From an uncultured Bifidobacteriaceae bacterium (GTDB lineage Bacteria > Verrucomicrobiota > Verrucomicrobiia > Limisphaerales > UBA11358): DNA of 64,000 nt. The notes beneath the pieces are model-generated. The model searched no databases. It was not told the origin of the DNA and saw only the letters and a program-made list of their open reading frames with translations. Each line of letters begins with the position of its first letter. Positions within the stretch are counted from its first letter, which is position 1. Made by a program: the position numbers and the translations under genes. Below are positions 40,871-51,725 of the stretch, piece after piece. Where the stretch lies: contig CAZHIM010000014.1 in NCBI GenBank assembly GCA_964532525.1, forward strand, positions 19,552-83,551, in the 5' to 3' direction.

Positions 40871-41620
40871 ATGAGTATGAACAAATGTGTAGTGGTAATC
40901 GGTGGGGCAGCGATGCTGCTGACCGGATGCGTGAATCCTGACGGAACTCCAAACAATACCGGATCGGGCGCCCTCATTGGCGGCGCTTCGGGTGCCTTGA
41001 TCGGCGGCGCCGTGGGCGGCCGCCGTAACGGCGGCGTGGACGCGTTGATTGGCGCCGGCGCCGGCGTCGTGGCGGGTGCGCTGGTCGGCGCAGCCATGGA
41101 CGCGCAACAGCAGGAGCGGCTCAAGGCCCAATCTCCCGGTACCTACGATCGCGTGAGCCAAGGCCAACCCCTCACCGTGAGCGACGTCAAAGCGCTGGCC
41201 AAGGCCGGCGTCAACGACGACACCATCATCAACCAGATCACCAGTACCCGCACGGTTTATCACCTGACCGCTTCGGATATCATTTCCCTGCGCAAGGCGA
41301 CCGTGTCGGATAAGGTCATCAATTTCATGATTAACACGCCCGCGCTGGCGGCGGCCCAACCGCCGCAGGCGGCGGTGGCGCCGGCGCCCGAGGCCCCCGT
41401 TGTTGCAGTGGCCCCGCCGCCGGCCCCCGTCGAGACCGTCGTGGTGGCTCCGGGACCGGGCTACGTGTGGGTGGGCGGCGAATGGGCCTGGGGCGGCGCC
41501 GGCTGGGTTTGGGTCGGCGGTCATTGGGGCATGCCGCCCTATGGACATGCCGTATGGATCGGGGGACGTTCCTGGCATGACGGCCGTGGCTGGCATGTCG
41601 AACGGGGTCATTGGCGCTGA
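40871..41620 (+). CDS. Lipoprotein with glycine-zipper region and C-terminal YXWGXW-type repeats
   Basis: Lipobox LLTGC; GALIGGASGALIGGAVGG glycine zipper; C-terminal GYVWVGGEWAWGGAGWVWVGGHWG. Confidence 0.7.
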   Translation: MSMNKCVVVIGGAAMLLTGCVNPDGTPNNTGSGALIGGASGALIGGAVGGRRNGGVDALIGAGAGVVAGALVGAAMDAQQQERLKAQSPGTYDRVSQGQPLTVSDVKALAKAGVNDDTIINQITSTRTVYHLTASDIISLRKATVSDKVINFMINTPALAAAQPPQAAVAPAPEAPVVAVAPPPAPVETVVVAPGPGYVWVGGEWAWGGAGWVWVGGHWGMPPYGHAVWIGGRSWHDGRGWHVERGHWR

Positions 41621-41745
41621 ACCGTCGTGACCCATTTTCTGCAAATCACGGCGCCGACCGGCCGGAGGCTTCCGCCTCCGGCCAGCCGGCCGCCGGCAGA
41701 CTCCCGGGACTTTTCCCCGGCCTTTGACCCCCTCCTTCGCCCGGT

Positions 41746-43103
41746 ATGACTTCCGCCGTAAAACTCCGTCTCGCAGTCCTCGGTCTGGCCATCGCCATCA
41801 TGGGCGTGTTGATTGCCGGTGTCACCCTCAACTCCCAGCGCCAGAGCGCCGATCTCAGCGGCAAATTGAAGGAGGTGGACGCCCAGAGTTACGGCATGGC
41901 CGAGCTGTTCAAGGACATGCTCCGCGACGGCAGCGACAAGTTCACCCATTACCTGCGCACTGGCGACCCCGCCGCTTGGAACGATTTTCTCAAGTCCAGC
42001 AGCGAATTGAATGCCTGGATTCAGACCCAGATTTCCAGCCCGGTCACGCCTCGCGAGCGGACCATCCTGCAACAGCTCAATGCCACCTACACCGACTACC
42101 TCAAGCTGGCCGGCCAGGTGCAGAAAAAAATCCAGGCCACCGGCCCCGCTGCCAGCCTCCAATCCGATCTCATTGATCAGCTCAGCCAGACCCGCCGTCA
42201 TTTGTTTGACCAGGGCCAGGACCTGTCCCAGGCCCATCTGGATTTGAAGAAGCAGCTCGTGGTGGAGGCGCACCAGATGCTCCTCCACTTGCGGGTGACC
42301 ATCCTCGTGTCGCTGTTCCTCCTCTTTCTGGCCGGCATTGCCCTGGCCACCTTTGTCTATCGCGACATGATCCAGCCGTTGCGCAGCAAGCTGGTGGAAA
42401 CCCAGGCCATGGTCGAGCAGCGCGAAAAGCTCGCCTCCCTGGGCCTCCTCGCCGCCGGCGTCGCCCACGAAATCCGCAATCCCCTCACAGCCATCAAGGC
42501 CGCCCTGTTCACCCAGCAGAAAAAATTCGCCGCCGGCACCCCCGAGCACAACGACGTCAAGGTCGTCGAGCGCGAAATCGTCCGCCTCGAACGCATCGTC
42601 AACGACTTCCTCCAGTTCGCCCGGCCCGCCGACCCCGAAACCGTGGTCATCGCCGCCGACCTGCTCCTGTTGGAAACCAAGCTCTTCTTCACGCCGCAAT
42701 TGGAGAAAAACCACATCCAGATGCACCTGGAAGCCTCCGCGCCCATGTATGTGAAGGTGGACCCCGCCCAGATGAAACAGGTGCTCATCAACCTCGTCCA
42801 AAACGCCGCCGACAGCATCGGCCAGAACGGCGACATCACCCTGCGCGCCCGCCAGTCCCGCAAGCCGCTCCTCAACGGCGAGAAAAGCACCGTGATTTTG
42901 GAAGTGTCCGACACCGGCAAGGGCATTCCCGTGGAGGCGCAGAAACGGCTGTTCGACCCCTTCTTCACCACCAAGGAAAGCGGCACCGGCCTAGGCCTGT
43001 CCATCGCCGCCCGCATCGTGCAAAAGCACGGCGGCGTCCTGCAATATCAAACGCAGGTGAATCGCGGCACGACTTTTGGTATTCTGCTGCCACAGGCAAA
43101 CGC

Positions 43104-43107
<4 letters not shown>
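41746..43107 (+). CDS. Sensor histidine kinase (NtrB/AtoS-like)
   Basis: Two TM helices flank a helical periplasmic domain. H-box AHEIRNPLTAIKA; N/G boxes LVQNAADS, DTGKGIP, GTGLGLSIA. Confidence 0.9.
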
Positions 43108-44539
<1,432 letters not shown>

Positions 44540-44540
<1 letters not shown>

Positions 44541-44609
44541 CGGCAAACTGGCGTCTGCCGCCATCTGAAAATAAAGAGCGGGGCATTGAATCAGGGGTGA
44601 CCAATGGGT
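44540..44609. repeat. 70-nt direct repeat, copy 1
   Basis: gcggcaaactggcgtctgccgccatctgaaaataaagagcggggcattgaatcaggggtgaccaatgggt, identical to 49233-49302. Starts at the last base of the regulator stop codon. Confidence 0.9.
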
Positions 44610-44773
44610 TTTCGTATCTATTTTCCCCGTCTTTCATCTTCGCACGGTGTAACGATCCAACGCGACTATTCTGCGGCCGGCTCGTTGACTCAGCAGACCT
44701 TTCCAGCCGCCGGTTGACCTTGCAAAATGCAATTGAAGAATATAGCATCGGATAAATTTTTTAATCAAAACTA

Positions 44774-47700
44774 ATGACTCTTAAATCATACAATCCATTC
44801 AGACTATTCAAGACGGTAGTGTATCTGATAACGCTGGCGTCGGTTTCCGCCGGGGCGGCCGGTTATTCAGTGACACCGACGAACTGGGTGGAAGGCCCCG
44901 TCAGGGGTACCGATTGCGTTTGGCTGGCGGTCAGCCCCGCGACGACCGCTTGGACCAACACGTCGGGCGCCACTTGGTTGCACCTCGGCGCCACCAACGG
45001 CACGGGCAGCACGAATGTCGCTTTCACCTTTGACGCCAATACCAATGCCACCCGCACCGGCCTCCTCAGCATCGCCGGACAAGCCGTTACCGTCACCCAG
45101 GCGGGAACGAATTATGTTCCGGCGGGCGCCGTCACGATCGTCGCTTCGGCGCCGGGTTGGACCGATCAGATTGCCGTGGACAAGAGCAACAATGTCTATG
45201 CGGCATACGGCAGCGGCATCTTGAAATGGACCGCGGCGAATAATACGAGCAGCAACCTGTTTCCGTCCGGGGCCAGCTATTACACCTATTATGCTCAGAC
45301 CGTGGCGGTGGATGCCTCCAGCAATCTCTATTTCATCAGCGTGGAAAACGGCAAGCTCTCGGAATGGAACCCCAACAGCCAAATCACGACGACGCTGGCT
45401 TCGTCGGGATTCGACAACTCGGAGAGCGTGGCTTTGGATGCGGCGGGGAATCTTTATATTGCGGACACCGGCAGCAGCACCATCAAGAAGTGGAGTGTGA
45501 CCAACAGCAGCCTCACCACGATGATTAGCACGAATTTGGACGGCCCCGGTGGCGTGGCCGTGGATGTGTCCGGCAATATTTATATTGCCGATTCAGAGAA
45601 TTCGGCGGTGAAAATGTGGAACCCGGCCACGGGCAATCTGACGACCTTGGCGGGGCCATCAGTGATCCCGGCCTATTCCGGCCCTTACGAATTGACAGTG
45701 GATGGGGCGGGAAATGTCTTTTTCACCATCAACAATGCGCTCATGGAGTGGAACGCCGCCAATGGCGCGGTAACCACCGTGAGCACCAACGAAAGCTGGG
45801 GCGTGGCGGTGGATGCGGCCGAAAATCTTTATATCAGCACCTTTGCCGGTGCCTCGGTCATGGAATTGCCGCGCGCGTTCGTCAATTCCACTGCCGTAAC
45901 GGAGTCCGCGCTGGCGGGAAATGACAGCTTGCCCGCGGTGGTGCCCGCCACGCAAAATCTGCAAACGCCCTTTGCCCCCGCCACCAATCAAGCGTGGCTC
46001 CGCATTACTGGCGTGACCAATGGCGTCGTCAGTTTCAGCTTCACGACCAACAGCGGCTCCGCCAGCCGCACTGCGGAGATCAGTCTGCTTGGCCAAAGTA
46101 TCTCCATCGTTCAAGCCGCTCCTGTTTTTGTGGTCAGCCCCACTAATTTTAATGTCGGTCCGGCAGCCGGCTCCAACAGCGTGGCGCTGTCCGTGAATGT
46201 GGCCACGGCGGCTTGGACCAATACCGCCACCGCCTCGTGGCTGCACCTCGTCAGCACTAGCGGCGCCGGCTCCACCAATGTTGGCTTTTCCTTTGACACC
46301 AACATTGGGGCCGCCCGCACCGGCAGCCTGACGATTGCCGGCCAGACCGTCCTCGTCACCCAGGCGGCGCCCACGTTTGTCATGGGCCTGACCAACCGCG
46401 TGGAAGGTCCCGGTTCCGGCTCCAACAGCGTGATGCTGACGGTCAATGTCCCCACGGCCCTCTGGACCAACCAAGCCAATGCCACCTGGCTGCACGTCGT
46501 CAATACCACCGGCTCCGGTCCCACCAATATCCTCTTCAGTTTCGACGTCAATCCGGGCGCCACCCGCACCGGCACCCTGACGGTTGCGGGCCAGACTCTC
46601 ACCATTGTACAGGCGGGCGCCACGTATCAGCCGGCGAATTCCCTTGCCACGCTGGCCTCGAAGGTGCCCGAGTCCGCCGGGGTCACCTTGGATGCCGCCG
46701 GCAACGTCTATTTTTCCGCCGGCATCAGCCAGGTTCAGGAATGGCTGGCCGCCAGCAACACGCTCACCACCTTGATTTCGACCGGCTTGAAGAATCCCCA
46801 GTGCCTGGAGTTGGACGCCACCGGCAACGTGTATTTTGCCGACTTTTACAACCAGGAGATCAAACGGTGGAACGTCGCCAGTGATACCGTGACCATCCTT
46901 GATTCCACCCAAAGTTTGTTCAACCCCACGGGCATTGCCTTGGATGGCGCCGGGAATGTCTATTATGCCAACACCGGCAGCAGCCAAATCCGGGAATGGA
47001 TTGCCACCAGCAATCTCGACGTCGTTGTCTTCAGTTCCGGCCTCGCGAACCCCCAGGGCCTGGCCCGGGATATCGCCGGCAATTTTTACATCGCCGACAG
47101 CCGCAACAGTGCCGTTAAAGAATGGAATCCCGTCAGCGGCACCGTGACCACGCTGGTGTCATCCAATGCCACCACGCCCTTGTACTATCCCTACGGTGTG
47201 GCTGTGGACGGTTCCGGGAATGTCTTTATTGGCGACACCGATGACAATGCGATCAAACAATGGAACTTCGTCAGCAACTCGGTAGTCACGCTCCTCGCCT
47301 CGAATGCGACGACCGCCTTGTTCTATCCCGAGGGCATCGCCGTGGACGCCTGGGGCAACGTGTATCTGGCGGACCAGCGCGATAGCGCCATCAAGGAATT
47401 GACGCGGGCGTTTGTGGATTCCACGCCCCGGAGCGAACCGGCCGTGGGCGGCAACGATGCCTTGCCGGCCGTGCTGCCGACGGCCGAGAATCTGGCCGGC
47501 CCGTTCTGGCCCACCAGCGACCAATCCTGGCTCACCATCACGGGTGTCACCAACGGCATCGTCAGTTTCAGTGTCGCCGCCAACCCCGCGGGCGTCCGCA
47601 CGGCGAATATCAGCCTGTTGGGCAAAGTCATTTCCATTACGCAGGCCGCGCCGGCCTTTGTTCTGGCTTGCACCAATCTGGTCGAAGGCCCCGCGGCCGC

Positions 47701-49174
47701 CTGCGATGGTGTGCTGCTGGCCGTGGACCTGCCCTCCGCGCTCTGGACCAACGTGGTCAACGTCGGTTGGCTGCATCCGTTCATGCCCAACGGGGTCGGC
47801 CCCACGAATGACTTCTTCAGTTTCGATGCCAATCCGGGCGCCACCCGCGCGGGCACGCTTGCCGTGGGTGGCCAGACCGTCACCATCACCCAGGCGGGCA
47901 CCAACTACGTTGCGGTCGGTACTCCCACCACCCTGGTCTCCTCTGGTCTCAATTCGCCCTACGCCCTGACCGTGGACGGCGCAGGCAATGTCTATATCGT
48001 TGACACGGACAACGCGGAGGCCAAGCGATGGAATGTGGCCAGTAACACCGTTAGCACCGTGATCGTCTCCGGTCTGGCCCGTCCCTACGGGATTGCCTTG
48101 GATAGCTCCAACAACCTGTACATCACTGACCCGGGTTACTTCAACGGCAACGGTTATTCCGCCGTATTGAAATGGACGGCGTCCAGCGGCGCCCTGTCCA
48201 TGCTGTTCGGCTCCGGCTTGAGCTATCCGTGGGGCGTCGCCGTGGACCGCGTTAACAACGTTTATGCTGCCGACGGCAACAATGGCACCGTGCAAAAATG
48301 GACCGCCGCCAACCACACGCTTTCCACGGTCATGTCCGGCCTGAGCAGTCCCTACGGGCTGGCGGTGGATGCGCTGGGCGACTTGTACACCGCGAATTAT
48401 GGCAACAACACCTGCGCCGAATGGATTGCCGCCATGAACACCACCACGAACCTGCCCGTATCGGGTTTGTACTCACCCGCGGGTGTCGCCGTGGACGGTC
48501 GTGGCAATGTCTATATTGCCAACTCCTATCCCGTCAACTCGGTCACGGAATGGAGCCCGGCCAATCAGTGCGAGACCACGGTCGTTGGCTCGGGATTATA
48601 CAATCCTTTGGGCGTGGCGGCGGATGGCGCCGGCGACCTCTATATTGCGGATACGCAGAACAACGCCATCAAAGAGCTGCCGCGGGCATTTGTCTTCCCC
48701 ACCCTGCGGACGGAACCCCCGTCTGCCGGCAGCGACACCTTGCCCGCCGTCGTCCCTGCCACCGCCAACCTGACCGGGCCGTTTGCGCCCGTTTCCAGCC
48801 AGCCCTGGCTGGCCATCACGGGCGTCACCAACGGGATGGTCAGTTTCAGTTATCCCACCAACACCGGCGCGCCGCGGACCGCCAACCTCACCCTGCTGGG
48901 GCAGGCGATTGCCATTACGCAATCGGCGCTGGGTGCGGCCACGCGGCCCGTCATCGTCGGCCCCGGTTGGGGCGGCACCGGCGCGTTTCAGTTTGGCTTC
49001 ACCAACGGTACGGCGGGCGCCTGCTACACGGTGTTGTCCAGCACCAATCTCCTGCTGCCGCTCGCCAACTGGACCGTGCTGGGCGTCTCCACAAACACTC
49101 CGACCGGCCTCTTTGATTTCACGGATACCAACCACGCCGGCGGACCCCGGTTCTACCAAATCCGTTCGCCGTAA
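44774..49174 (+). CDS. Giant secreted protein: seven BACON-like domains and three NHL-type beta-propeller blocks
   Basis: Signal peptide. BACON-like units (e.g. ...AWTNTSGATWLHLGATNGTGSTNVAFTFDANTNATRTGLLSIAGQAVTVTQAG). NHL-like blades (GNIYIADSENSAVKMWNP etc.) occur in three blocks. Confidence 0.85.
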   Translation: MTLKSYNPFRLFKTVVYLITLASVSAGAAGYSVTPTNWVEGPVRGTDCVWLAVSPATTAWTNTSGATWLHLGATNGTGSTNVAFTFDANTNATRTGLLSIAGQAVTVTQAGTNYVPAGAVTIVASAPGWTDQIAVDKSNNVYAAYGSGILKWTAANNTSSNLFPSGASYYTYYAQTVAVDASSNLYFISVENGKLSEWNPNSQITTTLASSGFDNSESVALDAAGNLYIADTGSSTIKKWSVTNSSLTTMISTNLDGPGGVAVDVSGNIYIADSENSAVKMWNPATGNLTTLAGPSVIPAYSGPYELTVDGAGNVFFTINNALMEWNAANGAVTTVSTNESWGVAVDAAENLYISTFAGASVMELPRAFVNSTAVTESALAGNDSLPAVVPATQNLQTPFAPATNQAWLRITGVTNGVVSFSFTTNSGSASRTAEISLLGQSISIVQAAPVFVVSPTNFNVGPAAGSNSVALSVNVATAAWTNTATASWLHLVSTSGAGSTNVGFSFDTNIGAARTGSLTIAGQTVLVTQAAPTFVMGLTNRVEGPGSGSNSVMLTVNVPTALWTNQANATWLHVVNTTGSGPTNILFSFDVNPGATRTGTLTVAGQTLTIVQAGATYQPANSLATLASKVPESAGVTLDAAGNVYFSAGISQVQEWLAASNTLTTLISTGLKNPQCLELDATGNVYFADFYNQEIKRWNVASDTVTILDSTQSLFNPTGIALDGAGNVYYANTGSSQIREWIATSNLDVVVFSSGLANPQGLARDIAGNFYIADSRNSAVKEWNPVSGTVTTLVSSNATTPLYYPYGVAVDGSGNVFIGDTDDNAIKQWNFVSNSVVTLLASNATTALFYPEGIAVDAWGNVYLADQRDSAIKELTRAFVDSTPRSEPAVGGNDALPAVLPTAENLAGPFWPTSDQSWLTITGVTNGIVSFSVAANPAGVRTANISLLGKVISITQAAPAFVLACTNLVEGPAAACDGVLLAVDLPSALWTNVVNVGWLHPFMPNGVGPTNDFFSFDANPGATRAGTLAVGGQTVTITQAGTNYVAVGTPTTLVSSGLNSPYALTVDGAGNVYIVDTDNAEAKRWNVASNTVSTVIVSGLARPYGIALDSSNNLYITDPGYFNGNGYSAVLKWTASSGALSMLFGSGLSYPWGVAVDRVNNVYAADGNNGTVQKWTAANHTLSTVMSGLSSPYGLAVDALGDLYTANYGNNTCAEWIAAMNTTTNLPVSGLYSPAGVAVDGRGNVYIANSYPVNSVTEWSPANQCETTVVGSGLYNPLGVAADGAGDLYIADTQNNAIKELPRAFVFPTLRTEPPSAGSDTLPAVVPATANLTGPFAPVSSQPWLAITGVTNGMVSFSYPTNTGAPRTANLTLLGQAIAITQSALGAATRPVIVGPGWGGTGAFQFGFTNGTAGACYTVLSSTNLLLPLANWTVLGVSTNTPTGLFDFTDTNHAGGPRFYQIRSP

Positions 49175-49232
49175 TCATCCGGCCCCGCAACGGTGTTGGC
49201 CGACCTCCCAAGTTTGCCGCTGCGGCCCCGTG

Positions 49233-49302
49233 GCGGCAAACTGGCGTCTGCCGCCATCTGAAAATAAAGAGCGGGGCATTGAATCAGGGGTGACCAATGG
49301 GT
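49233..49302. repeat. 70-nt direct repeat, copy 2
   Basis: 70/70 identical to 44540-44609. Lies between the convergent stops of the giant gene and ygjV. Confidence 0.9.
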
Positions 49303-49337
49303 CGCCGTGTTTGTGCACGCGTCCGGGACTGGTTGGG

Positions 49338-49904
49338 TCATTTCTGCGGCGCCGCTGGCGCGGATGATTGCCGCTTTTTCAGCGGACTCGCGCTCGGTAG
49401 CGCGGCCGCCTGGCGCGTTTCCGTCAACAGGCGTGCGAGGGTGAAGCCGTTGGCCAGGGCGTTGAAGGATTCCAGCAGCATGCCGCCCACGGAGCCGGTC
49501 AGGCAGTTGTTCCCCAGCCAGCAGAGCGTGCTGATGAGCAGCACCACGCGCATGGGCGTGCCGGTCATCGTCAGCAGGGCCACCGAGCCGAGCACCCCGC
49601 CCATGATCGGCAGCACGTCTGTCCAACGGCGGGCAAACAGGATGCCCAGCCCCAGGTTCAACGCCACAAACACCAACGCCATCAACCAATGTCGGTACTT
49701 GATGGCCAAACCGGATCGGCAGCCGGACAGAAATGCACTCAGCGCCGCCGGCGGATTGCCCAGCAGCCAGAAATGGGCCGTATAAACGGCGCATTCTGCG
49801 GCCAGGAAACCTTTCAGCCGGGTGTCTTTCTTTTGCAGAAAAGCCGTCACCCCCAACGCGCACGCCACATAACCCAAACATTGAACCAGCGAAAAAAACT
49901 GCAT
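49338..49904 (-). CDS. ygjV: YgjV-family inner membrane protein
   Basis: MQFFSLVQCLGYVACALGVTAFLQKKDTRLKGFLAAECAVYTAHFWLLG... Five to six TM helices, with YgjV-like spacing. Confidence 0.7.
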   Translation of the reverse strand: MQFFSLVQCLGYVACALGVTAFLQKKDTRLKGFLAAECAVYTAHFWLLGNPPAALSAFLSGCRSGLAIKYRHWLMALVFVALNLGLGILFARRWTDVLPIMGGVLGSVALLTMTGTPMRVVLLISTLCWLGNNCLTGSVGGMLLESFNALANGFTLARLLTETRQAAALPSASPLKKRQSSAPAAPQK

Positions 49905-50096
49905 AAAACAACAAAACTCTTGTGACAGGGAAATAGCGCCCGGGCAATGCCCCGCCTATCTCGGACACATTCGTTCACTTTACCACAGCCCGGCCCGGCG
50001 ACAAGCAACATCCCGGGGGCGGGCATTGGCATTTCAGCCGACGCACCGTTCGGAAGACGTTAATGACCAGGACGTTGAGAACCCATTCTGCCTGAT

Positions 50097-51668
50097 TCAG
50101 CCCGCCAAATGCCGCGCTTGGCGCTTGGCGAGCGAATTTCGGGGCGTGGACGCGGCGGCGCGCCGGCCGTTTTCCACCGGCAGAAATTCCCGGAGGCACT
50201 CGGGCACGTCGTGGCGGCCGCCGCGCTGCCAGTCCTCCGCCATCACTTGGGCCACGCCCGCCGAGGCCAGCTTCAATTCGGCGGTGAGAAACGCAAACAC
50301 CAGTTCCGTCAATCGCGCCAGCGCGATGCTGTCCGTCCGCCCCAGCCGGGCATACAACCAGTCGCTCAGGCGCAGGAAGCCGGCGAACGGCGATTCCCCG
50401 CCCCAGATCAGTGGCGTGGCGCGCACGAAGTTGCCGCTATTGCCGATCAGCTCCCAATACTTCGCGAACCGGCGCAGGCGCTGCATCGTGGCAAAGTCAA
50501 TCAACCGGTTTTGCAGGATTTCGTAGGGCGGCAGCGCATGGTAGATCATCTGCCACTCCGCATCGTGCCGCCCGATCGGCGTGCCGCGCAGCCGTTTCAA
50601 AATGCCCACTTGAATCTCCTGCGGCCCCAGCGCAATCAATCGGTCAAAGCCCGCCGCAAAGCTCTCCACCGTCTCCCCCGGCAGGCCGGCGATGAGATCG
50701 GCGTGAATGTGGACGCTCGTGTGGGTGCGCAAAAAATTGAGATTGTCCGCCAGCCGCTCGTAATTCTGCCGGCGGCTGATGTTCTGGCCCACCTCGGGAT
50801 TGAACGTCTGCACCCCCACCTCGAATTGCAGCGCGCCGGGCGGGAACCGGGCGATGACCTCCCGCAATTCCCCCGGCAGCCGGTCCGGGACCATTTCAAA
50901 ATGATAAAAATTCCCCGGCTGGTGCCGCGCCAGGAAGAATTCCAGGATCGCCCGGCCGGTGGCGATGTTCAGGTTGAACGTCCGGTCCACGAACTTGAAC
51001 TGCTTGAGCCCGCGATCCAGCAGCTTCTGCATCGCCGCCAAAAATGTCTCCAGCGGCACCGCCCGCACCGGGATGTCCAGCGACGACAGGCAGAATTCGC
51101 AGGTGAAGGGACAGCCTCGCGACGCCTCGACATAGATGATGCGATGCGCGATGTCCGCGTCCGTGTAATACTCGTAGGGCAGGGCGAGGCGCGAAAACTC
51201 CGGCGGCTCGGCGGGAATGATCTTGGGCAGGGGCGCCCGGCTCGGGGCGTGGCCGTTCCCCTCCGGCGAACCGTTCCCGCCCGCCAGCAATTCCCCGCAC
51301 ACTTCCGCAAATTTCAGGTCGCCCTCGCCGGTGATCACGTGATCCGCCAGCCGCACCAGTTCCTGCCCCTCGGTTTCATAGCTCACTTCCGGACCGCCCA
51401 AAACGATGATGATGTCCGGCCGCACGCGTTTGATGGCCGCCACCACGGCGGTGGTTTCCGTCACGTTCCAGATGTAAACGCCCAGGCCGAGGATTTTGGG
51501 CGCGCGGGCCAGCAGTGCTTCGGCGATGTCCAGCGGGCGCTGGTTGATGTCGAACTCCGCGATGGCCGCGCGCGGCTGCAGCGCGCCGAGGTTGGCGAAG
51601 AGATAGCGCAAGCCGAACGCGGCGTGAATGAACTTCGCGTTGAGGGTGGCGAGGACGATGTCCGGCAT
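50097..51668 (-). CDS. B12-binding-domain radical SAM protein (DUF4080-type)
   Basis: The ATG at 51668 gives [23 protein letters not shown]..., and the radical SAM motif is [13 protein letters not shown]. Confidence 0.85.
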   Translation of the reverse strand: MPDIVLATLNAKFIHAAFGLRYLFANLGALQPRAAIAEFDINQRPLDIAEALLARAPKILGLGVYIWNVTETTAVVAAIKRVRPDIIIVLGGPEVSYETEGQELVRLADHVITGEGDLKFAEVCGELLAGGNGSPEGNGHAPSRAPLPKIIPAEPPEFSRLALPYEYYTDADIAHRIIYVEASRGCPFTCEFCLSSLDIPVRAVPLETFLAAMQKLLDRGLKQFKFVDRTFNLNIATGRAILEFFLARHQPGNFYHFEMVPDRLPGELREVIARFPPGALQFEVGVQTFNPEVGQNISRRQNYERLADNLNFLRTHTSVHIHADLIAGLPGETVESFAAGFDRLIALGPQEIQVGILKRLRGTPIGRHDAEWQMIYHALPPYEILQNRLIDFATMQRLRRFAKYWELIGNSGNFVRATPLIWGGESPFAGFLRLSDWLYARLGRTDSIALARLTELVFAFLTAELKLASAGVAQVMAEDWQRGGRHDVPECLREFLPVENGRRAAASTPRNSLAKRQARHLAG

Positions 51669-51725
51669 TGCCGCCAAATTACCAACGTTTGCAGCAAACG
51701 CCAAAAGGGAAATCGGTCCGGCCGG

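Noticed and set aside
44610-44773. Sigma-54 promoter directly upstream of the giant BACON/NHL gene
   Set aside because: The only GG...TTGC candidate (ccggttgaccttgca) has the GG and GC elements 2 nt too close. Sigma-54 spacing is strict.
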